Shown here: positions 29,322-38,359 of the stretch, piece by piece
How positions within the stretch are numbered: the stretch's first letter is position 1
Layout of the letters: every line of letters begins with the position of its first letter
NCBI GenBank assembly: GCA_965206775.1
Contig: CBDBKU010000002.1
Location: 2,182,898 to 2,246,897 of the forward strand
Length of the DNA stretch: 64,000 nucleotides
Direction: 5' to 3'
DNA from: Bryobacterales bacterium
GTDB taxonomy: Bacteria > Acidobacteriota > Terriglobia > Bryobacterales > UBA6623
Position numbers and translations under genes: made by a program
The notes under the pieces: model-generated
What the model saw: only the letters and a program-made list of their open reading frames with translations
Databases searched by the model: none
Told to the model about the DNA's origin: nothing

Positions 29322-30642
29322 CCAGAGAGCGGGTATTCGATGAACGGCGAACCGGCGCCTTGCGAAAAGCGAGGTCAGGTGCCGTCGCGCACCATCCCGG
29401 CTCCCGCGACCGCAGACGGGCAACTCCCAGGGCTGCCCTGCCGACCGATTCAACAAGGAGTACGAGCGGCGAGTCTCTGCCATTTCACCTCAGGCCTTGT
29501 CCAAACAGCGCCTTCGCGAGCGCCCCGCTTGAAGAGTCGTCGCCCCCTGCGTCCAGGTCCGTGCATACAGGCTGCCGGTTCAGTGCTAAGAGACGGTGCC
29601 GTAGTCCGCCGAGCAGCCCCGCTACCCTCTCCCCTTGGGAATCACCGCCCCGAACTCGCGTCCGGGATGTCCGCTTTCCAGCAGTTTCGGCGGCACCGTT
29701 CGGGCTCCTCTTGTTCGGGGCGGCCCTGCCGCACCGGCCTCTCTTTCCCTTTACCTTGCGAGTGCATGGTTCGGCTGCCGCTTGGCCCTCCGAGATCGAG
29801 CGCATGTAACCGGCACCGACGGCCAGCCATGTCGACCTGCATGCCTCTGCCCTTCCGAAGGGGCGGCTCTCCCACTTTGAGCCCGGGTGTCTCGCGCCAT
29901 TTACTCCCGTGACAGTGCCTGACGGAACCGATCAGCCATGGTTCCGGTGGGAATCGCGTCCCCCCGGCCTCTTCGGTGCATCATGCCGGTCCCCGGTTTC
30001 CGCCCGCACCGGACAACGGCCTCCAACGAATCGCCGGCTCGGATTTGAACGAGCCTGTCTATGCGCTGTGACGATTGCCCGCATGAATGAACAAGCCCGA
30101 CCGGAGAGAATCGAGTCCCGCTGCCGAACTTCCGGGCACGGGCGGACGATGCACGAGCTTGTGCCCCGGGGATCGATATCCGGCGGGAGTGTCTGTCCTG
30201 CAGCTGTGGTTCTGGGGGGGCCTGTGGCGCGCTTCGTAGAGGGCGTGACCGACAGCGTTGGGGTTGAGAAGGGCAGAACGCCAACCCGGTGCGGATCGGG
30301 CGGGGACCGCGCGAGTCGTTCCAGGCCGAGGCCTGGACAGTGAATCCGAGCAGTTTGCCAGGGCATTCGTACTGCCGGGCCCAGCGCTGCGCAAACCGAT
30401 CTGCCCCGTGCTATGATCAAGCACGAGGCACACCACGGTCCGCAGGAGAAGGAGTGCGTCCCTGAAGGGCGCGGCCAGAACTAACAAAAGTGTTTTCGCC
30501 CCCTTGACATGTGCCAGCGGTGCGTGAGAACATTACATCTGATTCCGTCTGCGGGCCCGTTCGGGCCTCGGGTAGGCAAGGCTTGAGTGAGGCGCCGATG
30601 TCTTTCGAAGGCCACAGAAAGAGAGCAAAGGAGAAAATCAGC

Positions 30643-33600
30643 ATGTTTCGCAATAGAGTCAGTTGGGGCATCGGTCTGATGGCGCTGCTGCTGACGCTGG
30701 GCATGGCCGCTTGCGGCGGTGCCGAGCCAGCACCAGTGGTTCAGCCGCCGGCACCGCCGCCGGCACCGCCGCCGTTCCAGCCTCAGGCCGTCGAGGTAGC
30801 CCTCGGCGAGAGCGGGAATATCACATTCATGACCACCGCGGACGGTGGGTTCACTCTCTCGGGCGAGAAGTTCGAGAGTGGCGGCACGGTAGCCGCAGAG
30901 AACGGCAACATGTACGTTCTGAACCTGGCGGACGGCACTTGGGCCGCGGTCTACCAGGCAATGGAAGAGATGGTCACCCTCGGCATCACCGAAGAGGTCG
31001 TGACCCTGACGAAGGCCGAGGACGGCACCTACTGGCTCGGCGACGACCTCGTGACCAGCGGGGAGACGACCGCGACGGCGACGAACGGCAACATGTACAC
31101 GCTGTCGATGAACGAAGAAGGCATGTGGATGGCCGCGTACCAGAAGGTGATGGTCTCCGTCGGTCTCGGCATCACCGGCGAGATGGCGAGCCTGGTACGG
31201 GCCGAGGACGGCACGTACTGGCTCGGGGACGCGCTGGTGACGAGTGGCATGACCACGACAATGTCGATGAACGGCAACGAGTACACGCTGATGATGGACG
31301 CGGACGGCATGTGGACGGCCTTGTACATCGAGCCCGTGCAGGCCGTGATGCTCGGCGAGCATGGCGGGTCCGTGATGATCAAGAAGTCCGAGGACGGCAG
31401 CTACTGGATCGGCGACGTTACTGTCGCGAACGGGTCAACCGTGATGGTGGGCAACAACACGTACGAGCTGATGATGGACGCGGACGGCATGTGGATGGCC
31501 GCGTACCAGCAGGTCATGGTGTCCGTCACGCTCGGCATCACCGGCGAGATGGTGAGCCTGGTGAGGGCCGAGGACGGCACGTACTGGCTCGGCGACGCGC
31601 TGGTGACGAGTGGCATGACCACGACAATGTCGATGAACGGCAACGAGTACCGGCTGATGATGGGCGAGGACGGCATGTGGATGGCCCACTACGTGCCTGC
31701 GATGGGCACGGTCGCGGTCGGAGGCAGCGGGATCGCGGTCTCGGCCATGCGCGACGAGGCTGGCAACTGGTCGGCGGTGCATCCGCAGACGCAGGAGACC
31801 ATCGCACTGACCGAGGGCGGCATGCTCACGGCCGTGAACCTGGCAGGCTATACCAACACCTACACGCTGTCGAGCGACGGAGCCGGCACGTGGACCGCCT
31901 CCTACGTGGCGGTGAGCACGGCGGTCGTGCTCGGCACGAGCGGAAGCAGCGCCATGCTGGTGCGGGCCGAGGACGGCTCGTATGGGCTGGGCGAAGACGC
32001 GGTCCTGAGCGGCGATAGCACTCTGGCTGACAACGGCAACAGGTACATCCTGACGATGGTGAACGGTGCCTGGTCGTCGGCATTCGATCCCGACATGATG
32101 GAGATCAAGGGCGCGGGCATCAACGTCTACACGCGCGAAGACGATGACATGTACGACATCGGCACGGCAGGCAGCGACGTCACGCTAGCCTCGACCGGCG
32201 CGGGGGACATCACCTGGGAAGGCGCGATGTACCGTGTGCGGATGATGGACAGCATGCTTGTGGGCACACGAATCGACACCGCGGTCGTCGAAGACACAGC
32301 GCACATCACGGTTGGATTGAGCGCGCTTCCGACCTACATCGGAGACGACCGCGACACCGAGGAAAATGAGGCGAACACGATGATCGTGGTCGCTGGCGAG
32401 GAAATCTCCCTGGGCGCGCTGTTCGGTCCGACCGGCGCGGCGAAGCCGGCCAAGGAATCCGACGGGCTGGCGGGCGAGTTCGTCCAGGCGGCGGTGGATC
32501 TGCTGATGGATCTGCGCACCGAAGCCGAGCTGTACGCCAAGTACCAGGCGGCGTCGGAAACGCCCACCGAAGAGTTTGACGATCGTCTCGACACCATCGC
32601 GGGTCGGGCACAGGACGCGGTGGACATGATCTTCGGCAACATCGGGCCGGGGAACAAGAAAGTCGACGTGATCGCCGACGACGTTCTTCCCATGGACGGT
32701 GATGAAGAGGGTGACTATGTCCGGGCCACCCAGACCGTCCGCGGGCTCAACACCCTGCTCGACGCTCTGTCGTCGGCGGACGCCTTTGTCGACGCAACCG
32801 AGGAAGGCAACAACGGTGTTTTCGAGGACACGCTCGGTGAGGACGCTGCCAGGGACGCGTTCTCGGCGAACATGAGCGAGTACGCGGTACATTTCCGCTA
32901 CACGGAGAACACGCGCTACGGCGCGATCACGCTGAAGCAGCGGCTCAGCGCCGACCCGGACTTGACAGCCGACACCGACGATGGTGCCGATGCGGAGGCG
33001 GCAGCGATCTATGGCACGCGGTTCGCGTTCGACGGTACCCCGGACGACGATGACAACGAGGACGTCGGAGCGGTCGGGGCCTTCGCGTACTCGCGCATCA
33101 ACGACACGCTACGGTCCCGGAACCTCCCGCAGACCGGGAGCGCGAAATACACGGGCGGCACGCTCGCGGTCACGCCGGGAGGGACGCTGTTCAGCGGCGA
33201 CATGCGCATCGACGTCAATTTCCGCCAGCAGACCGTCTTCGGGCAGGTGTCCAATCTCAGGGACAAGGACAACAGCCTGTGGCAGTACCTCGACGCCGAC
33301 GTTGATACGATCTACCTGCCGAGCCAGACCTACGGCAGCCTGACCCAGTTCGGCGGCGTCTATGACACCGATGACGGTACCGACGGCGTGCAAGCTCCAA
33401 GCGAGGACGTCCAGCGGACAGGCCTCGGAGACTTCGGCACAGCGACGGTCGTCTACGCGGCCGCCCAGGGCTTCGCCTCGCCGACTCAGCAGGACACGAA
33501 GGCGCGCTTCGCCGGCCGGTTCATCGGCCCGGACGGAGCCGAGATCACCGGCACCTGGTCGCTCGGCCAGTCCGTGGAAGGGGACAACAGGGCCACAAAG

Positions 33601-34074
33601 AGCAATGATCTCGACGTGCTCTACGGCTCCTACGGCGTGACGCGCGAGGGCGATGCCATGCAGCCCGTGACCCAGCTGGACCCGACGGTCGGCGGAGCGA
33701 TCAAGGCCGTGGTGATGTCAGACGGCAGCACGATCCAAGGGGACAAGGATCTCGCGGCCATCCTGCGGCTCGGAAAGGCCAGCACGGGCGGCGACAAGAG
33801 CGCCAACAACGACTTCGCCCTCACGACGATCTTCAACGAGGCCGGCGCGGATCCCAAGAAGACGGTCAACAAGTCCATCACGCACGTGCAAACCGTGGTC
33901 GCCCATATCATGCAGCAGCGCGCGATCTACGTGATCTACGCCGAGCAGGTGGGCGGCGATTCCGATGACCGAACCGATCTCGCCAATGCGGGCCGGCAGA
34001 ACGCGTGGATGAGCATCAACGACTTCGTGCTGGATCACATCTTCAATGTGGAACTGGCGGAAATCGACAGCTGA
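30643..34074 (+). CDS. giant surface-lipoprotein paralogue A (open part): lipobox, ~9 x 60-aa Met-rich repeats, acidic helical region, first TbpB-type barrel signature
   Basis: AAGGAG SD 9 nt before ATG 30643. MFRNRVSWGIGLMALLLTLGMAAC lipobox, then a PAPPPAPPP tether. Repeats such as GITGEMVSLVRAEDGTYWLGDALVTSGMTTTMSMNGNEYRLMMGEDGMWMAHY. Barrel wording: GSAKYTGGTLAVTPGGTLFSGDMRIDVNFRQQTVFGQVSNL...ARFAGRFIGPDGAEITGTW. Confidence 0.8.
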   Translation: MFRNRVSWGIGLMALLLTLGMAACGGAEPAPVVQPPAPPPAPPPFQPQAVEVALGESGNITFMTTADGGFTLSGEKFESGGTVAAENGNMYVLNLADGTWAAVYQAMEEMVTLGITEEVVTLTKAEDGTYWLGDDLVTSGETTATATNGNMYTLSMNEEGMWMAAYQKVMVSVGLGITGEMASLVRAEDGTYWLGDALVTSGMTTTMSMNGNEYTLMMDADGMWTALYIEPVQAVMLGEHGGSVMIKKSEDGSYWIGDVTVANGSTVMVGNNTYELMMDADGMWMAAYQQVMVSVTLGITGEMVSLVRAEDGTYWLGDALVTSGMTTTMSMNGNEYRLMMGEDGMWMAHYVPAMGTVAVGGSGIAVSAMRDEAGNWSAVHPQTQETIALTEGGMLTAVNLAGYTNTYTLSSDGAGTWTASYVAVSTAVVLGTSGSSAMLVRAEDGSYGLGEDAVLSGDSTLADNGNRYILTMVNGAWSSAFDPDMMEIKGAGINVYTREDDDMYDIGTAGSDVTLASTGAGDITWEGAMYRVRMMDSMLVGTRIDTAVVEDTAHITVGLSALPTYIGDDRDTEENEANTMIVVAGEEISLGALFGPTGAAKPAKESDGLAGEFVQAAVDLLMDLRTEAELYAKYQAASETPTEEFDDRLDTIAGRAQDAVDMIFGNIGPGNKKVDVIADDVLPMDGDEEGDYVRATQTVRGLNTLLDALSSADAFVDATEEGNNGVFEDTLGEDAARDAFSANMSEYAVHFRYTENTRYGAITLKQRLSADPDLTADTDDGADAEAAAIYGTRFAFDGTPDDDDNEDVGAVGAFAYSRINDTLRSRNLPQTGSAKYTGGTLAVTPGGTLFSGDMRIDVNFRQQTVFGQVSNLRDKDNSLWQYLDADVDTIYLPSQTYGSLTQFGGVYDTDDGTDGVQAPSEDVQRTGLGDFGTATVVYAAAQGFASPTQQDTKARFAGRFIGPDGAEITGTWSLGQSVEGDNRATKSNDLDVLYGSYGVTREGDAMQPVTQLDPTVGGAIKAVVMSDGSTIQGDKDLAAILRLGKASTGGDKSANNDFALTTIFNEAGADPKKTVNKSITHVQTVVAHIMQQRAIYVIYAEQVGGDSDDRTDLANAGRQNAWMSINDFVLDHIFNVELAEIDS
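30787..32280 (+). repeat. in-frame array of ~9 diverged 180-186-bp coding repeats, with near-identical blocks 180 and 366 bp apart
   Basis: For example, ATCACCGGCGAGATGG at 31171 and 31537, and CTGATGATGGACGCGGACGGCATGTGGA at 31288 and 31468. Confidence 0.85.
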
Positions 34075-35107
34075 CGCCGAACCCACGGAGGTCCAGGACC
34101 TGTCCACCCCGCTCGGGGCGCACCTGTACCCGGCGACGCGCAACGGCAACCCGGACGACGACGAGGCGCTCGCGCGGATCGACAACCTGCTGGCGGCGTT
34201 CGAGGACAAGTTCGCCCTCGAGGATGCGGTCAGGATAACGGCGAAGGCGTCTTCGACTCCCGGGCTGCCATGGACAAGGGAGCGACGGACGACCCCTTCC
34301 CCCTGAATGACGTCGTGACACAGGACCCCGAGCCGGTTGGCGACATCTTTGGCAGGCTGGCCTCCCAGACGCAGCTGTGGTCGCTGTCCACGGAGTACAC
34401 TCGGTTCGGAGTTTGGTACCGCCGGGAGACCGCCTCCGCGGTGCACGACTGGGCGAACCACGCCTCGCCCCAAGAAGATGTCGACGGTACCGATACCGAA
34501 ACAGGGGCAGGCTCGCCGGGCAGCTATGCGTACAGCTGGCTTGCCCAGTCGACCTACCGCACGGACAGGGATGTCCCCACGTACCCGGGCAACGGACTGG
34601 CCACCTACGAAGGCAAGACGCTTGCAGTGCTGAGCAATTACCCATATCTACGTGGGCGATGCCCTGATCCGGGTGAACTGGAATCCGCTGACCCGGACCG
34701 CCCAAGACGCAGTGACCACGAATACGACGGTGGTCCCGATCTTCAGCAACTTCCAGAAGTGGCAGGACAGTACCCTCGACCGGCTCATACACGATGGCAG
34801 GATCGTGGATGAGATCACGATTCGAGCCGGCGTAAATGCTGATGATGCGCTGACGCTGGGGGCTGCGGACGGGAAGCTGTTTGTCAATGCCACTGAAGCC
34901 GTGGCCATCGTCACATATACCGACGGGACTTCCATCGAAACACCCATCGCGAGTTCGGTAATCGACGGAAAATTCGTCGGCTCGAGCAACGACGGACCAC
35001 TCGGCATTCTTGGAAACTATACTGTGCCGGAATTCGCCGGGACAACGGACCTGGAAGGATCATTCGGTGCCGACCTGACCAGCTTCGAGACGCTCTTGAC
35101 TCCCTAG
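34075..35107 (+). pseudogene. frameshifted 3' continuation of lipoprotein A (second TbpB-type barrel)
   Basis: Three frame changes (~34070, ~34228, ~34635) are needed to read ...LSTEYTRFGVWYR...GLATYEGKTLAV / HIYVGDALIRVNWNP...IDGKFVGSSNDGPLGILGNY...LEGSFGADL. This is colinear with the C-terminus of paralogue B. Confidence 0.7.
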
Positions 35108-35163
35108 ACGCCCAGACCTCGCGCGGGTCCGCTCCGACCCGCGCACTGGCGTTGAAGACCTAA

Positions 35164-35192
35164 GGGGAAGCGGAAATCCGCTTCCCCTTTTT
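35164..35192 (+). terminator. rho-independent terminator after lipoprotein A
   Basis: GGGGAAGCGG-AAAT-CCGCTTCCCC followed by TTTTT. Confidence 0.8.
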
Positions 35193-35422
35193 CTGTCTTG
35201 CGCGACCATTTGCAGGTCTCGGAGCGGGTTTCCCCTCGGATCCAGGAAGCTGCGGTCTTGACGTTGGGCTTGAGTCCTATCGCCGAGGATGCCGGACGGG
35301 CGAGATCGGGAATCCGAGCGATGACCATGACCGGCTGGACTGGCCGGCTGCGTCTGGAGTTGCAGCGCCTCGTCGCAGGTCACTCTGTGGCAGACCTGTA
35401 CCTCCGGAACGGCCTTCTCCCC

Positions 35423-36093
35423 TCATCGCTCCGCCATCTGGAAGCGCTCCGCGAAGTGAATGGCCAGTCTTCTTTCGAGCCCGCGAAGGGCACGTTGGCC
35501 GGGTCTTCCTCCGACCACGTTGCCGTCGTCGCCGTTACCACCCGGCAGACCAGCTTCTTGGCTGCCGGTCGGAAAGCGGCCCCTCGGCCCCACCCCGCAG
35601 TTCAGCTCTCGATTGCAATCGCCGGGCAAATCGTCCGCCACACCACCCCGAGTGGCGCAGCAACGGAACCACTTCCCTCCCTGACCGCTGGCGCCTTGGG
35701 CAAGTCCCGGACCCTTTCCCGCTCGGCTCGAACGCTTCCAACTCCGGATCCACCTCATCCGGCGCACGGTAGATCTGCTTCAACGCTGGCGCCAGTCCCT
35801 TGCTCCGCTTCTACGAGGCGTGCCGCACCGAATACGCAACCGTGTTCATCTCGTTCAGAAGCAGCGCGACTGCCTCCTTTGCTTGCCGCCCGCCCTTCAT
35901 TGCCACCTCGCAGTTCCGTTCCGGCAGCGCAAGGGCACTGCCTCCGCCGTGAAGCGATTCGCCCCGCGAACACTCCCCCCGCACCCCGCCCGTGGCGGCT
36001 CCCCTGGCAACTGCGACTACGTCGAACGTTGCGCCCCCCGCGCCAGCATCCGCGTTGCCCGCCAAGACCGGATCGGTTCGGTCCAGGACTCAT
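35423..36093 (-). pseudogene. heavily degraded IS256-family (Mutator-type) transposase remnant
   Basis: Scattered in several frames: ALKQIYRAPDEVDPELEAFE, GRFPTGSQEA.., AIHFAERF. These resemble the C-terminal third of IS256 transposases. No intact frame. Confidence 0.4.
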
Positions 36094-36446
36094 GGAAGAT
36101 CGTGTCCGAGGATGTCACGTACCCCGGCGCACCCTCTGCAGATTCCGCTCGAAAGCGAACTCGCGCACGGCAGATTGTCGATTCGCACCAGCCAAGCCGC
36201 AAAGGAAGGCCCGCACCCATCGCTGATTCCTTGTTGGCTTGGAGGGAGGGATGGCCCAGATAGGGCGTTGGAGCACGGGAAGTGGGGCGGTCTGCCGAGT
36301 GAAATCGGGTGTTGTTACGGTGCTGGGGACGCAGGACGGGCCGGGAATCGCCGAGTGGGGCGCTGGCAGCCGCAACGAGGGCGTGGAGGGCCCGTCCGCC
36401 TGGGCCGCGATGGACCGGACTCCGCGGCTGCGGAGCGGAATCCTCG

Positions 36447-38228
36447 CTAGCCGGGAGTCAGCAGCAGTTGCAGCGCCTCGTCACGGTTGCCGGCGTAGTA
36501 CGTTTGCGCCTCCGGCACGGTGTCCTGCGGCCGCTGCGACAGCAGCAGCGCCAGCGCCAGGTTGTTCAGCGCCGCGGCGTTGGACGGACCGTGACCCGTG
36601 CGGATGCGGCTGCTGTCCTCCCCGAAGGAGACGTCGCGGCGATAGTGGTTGGCGCTCTCCACCTGCCAGTGACCCCGCTGCAACGCCAGCAGGTCCTGAG
36701 CCGAGGCGGCCTGCTCCGACAGCGAGGTGATGCCGTAGCTGTAGCTGCTCGACACCGGCCCGCCCAGCCGCTTGCAGGTCTCGTGCGTGATGCGGTACGC
36801 CTGCCGGGCATGCGGGTAGGGCAGCAGTTTCGGATGGGGCGTGAACACAGCGATCGAGCGCCGCTCCCAGCGCTTGTTGCGCGAGCGCTGCCAGCGCCCT
36901 TCCTGCCAACTGCGCTCCGCGCCCCGCTCCCAGTTCAGGCCCGTCAGCGTCTCGTAGGTCAGCGCGCAGTTGCCCTTGATGCGCACCAGCACCTCCCCGC
37001 CGTGCTGCTCGATGATCGCCCGCTGGATCTCCTGCCCCGCATGCCCCGCGTCCATCGTCACCGTCCGGCCGCGCAGATCCACCTCTTCCAGCAACGCCCG
37101 CAGCGCGCCTTGCTCGCCGCCTTCCTCGCGGTAGCTGCGGCTCGCCACCGGCAGGCCCTTGACATGGCCCACCAGCGTCACCGTCTCCCAGTGCTGCCCC
37201 TCCGCCGCCATCCGATTCGCCCCCCGAATGCGCTTCCCGTCCGCCGCCAGCGCCTGCGGCTGCGGCACCAGCGGCTGCGTCCAGCGCTGGATCACGCGCT
37301 CCAGCGAGGCCGGATCCGTCCGCTCCATGACTCGCTGGAACGTCGTGTCCGAAGGCGTCACGCACCGCCGCTCGCGCTCGTCCCAGCGGCACCCCAGCGC
37401 CCGTAACTCGTGCTCCTTCAGTGTCTTCGAGTACGCTTCCGCCGCCCTCCCGCCGCGCTTGCCCGCCAGCCTCGCCAACACCATCAGCGCCAGCACCACC
37501 CCCAGCGCATGCCGCTTCCCGCGGCGCCCCCGGCTGTCCTCCACATCCTCCAACTGCTTCCGCAACGACCGCAAATCCTCCGCCCCGTAGCGCACATCCA
37601 CCGGCCCGCAATCCCACTCCTCCCGCTCCTGCGGATCCGCCAGCCGCTCCCGCGCTCCCGCCCGCAACTCATACACCAGCATCATCTTCTTCTGCCCGTG
37701 CTTGTCGGTGTACTTCCCGTTCGACCGCGCGTAGCCCTTGCTCAGCCCCAGCTTGATCCAGTTCGACGCCAGATACGCCGTGCCCCGGTACTTGCGCGGA
37801 TCCACGAACGTCTCCGCGAGTTCGAGCGGATGCCCCCAACTCGCCTCCCAGTCCCCGCTCAGCCGCCGCAGGTTCAACCCCAGCACCCGCGAGGCCAGGT
37901 TCTTCACGCCCTGCCCCGCGGGCAGCACCAGGAACCGCGTGTTATTCCCGCACAGGTGCAAGCGCCGGAACTGCACCGCCTTGTGCCAGCCCAGCCAGCG
38001 GTCGCGCGGCCGGCACTGGAACACCCCCGTCTGCCAGCCCAGCAGCGCCAGCCACTCGCCCCGCCACTCCGCCACGTAGCGCAGCCCGCGCCCCGCGAAC
38101 TGCTTGAATCCCAGATAGTGCTGCGCGTCCATCAACCCGTCCCAGCGCAGCCGCTCCTCCGGCCGGGTCGGCCGGACCACCACCTCGCTCAGCACCGGAA
38201 CCTCCGCAGCACACACTGGCATCGTCAT
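36447..38228 (-). CDS. DUF4338 (DruA-like) domain fused to an ISAs1-family DDE transposase
   Basis: N-terminus: LRWDGLMDAQHYLGFKQFAGRGLRYVAEWRGEWLALLGWQ...NNTRFLVLP...ETFVDPRKYRGTAYLASNW. C-terminus: LAADGKRIRGA...VTMDAGHAGQEI...LQRGHWQVESANHYRRDVSFGEDSSRIRTG. Confidence 0.75.
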   Translation of the reverse strand: MTMPVCAAEVPVLSEVVVRPTRPEERLRWDGLMDAQHYLGFKQFAGRGLRYVAEWRGEWLALLGWQTGVFQCRPRDRWLGWHKAVQFRRLHLCGNNTRFLVLPAGQGVKNLASRVLGLNLRRLSGDWEASWGHPLELAETFVDPRKYRGTAYLASNWIKLGLSKGYARSNGKYTDKHGQKKMMLVYELRAGARERLADPQEREEWDCGPVDVRYGAEDLRSLRKQLEDVEDSRGRRGKRHALGVVLALMVLARLAGKRGGRAAEAYSKTLKEHELRALGCRWDERERRCVTPSDTTFQRVMERTDPASLERVIQRWTQPLVPQPQALAADGKRIRGANRMAAEGQHWETVTLVGHVKGLPVASRSYREEGGEQGALRALLEEVDLRGRTVTMDAGHAGQEIQRAIIEQHGGEVLVRIKGNCALTYETLTGLNWERGAERSWQEGRWQRSRNKRWERRSIAVFTPHPKLLPYPHARQAYRITHETCKRLGGPVSSSYSYGITSLSEQAASAQDLLALQRGHWQVESANHYRRDVSFGEDSSRIRTGHGPSNAAALNNLALALLLSQRPQDTVPEAQTYYAGNRDEALQLLLTPG

Positions 38229-38359
38229 GCCCCATCAATACACGATCCCGGCCAAAAAAGCCAGTCCCTCGTCTAACTCTTTGCGACCAAGGTTACTACC
38301 CTCGAACAAGAATCAGCCGTGGCCCGCACCCATCACAACCACGACTAATGACTTTGTTT

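Noticed and set aside
30504-30540. TTGACA hexamer upstream of lipoprotein A as a sigma-70 promoter
   Set aside because: No acceptable -10 hexamer lies at 16-19 bp spacing (the best is GAACAT). Not reported as a feature.
30481-32083. ORFs 30481..31362(-), 30663..32018(+) and several ~100-aa ORFs inside the lipoprotein A repeats
   Set aside because: They are alternative-frame products of the repeat array (His/Arg/Asp/Gly-rich periodic sequences). The lipoprotein frame has an SD, a lipobox and homology to paralogue B.
30787-32280. Possible CRISPR array suggested by the periodic repeats here and at 40463..42095
   Set aside because: The units are about 180 bp, contiguous with no spacers, diverged, and in frame within long coding sequences. 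No cas genes are present.
35198-36226. 342-aa plus-strand ORF after lipoprotein A
   Set aside because: It starts inside the terminator region, is Pro/Arg/Ser/Ala-rich, and overlaps the IS256-like remnants on the other strand. Nothing recognisable.
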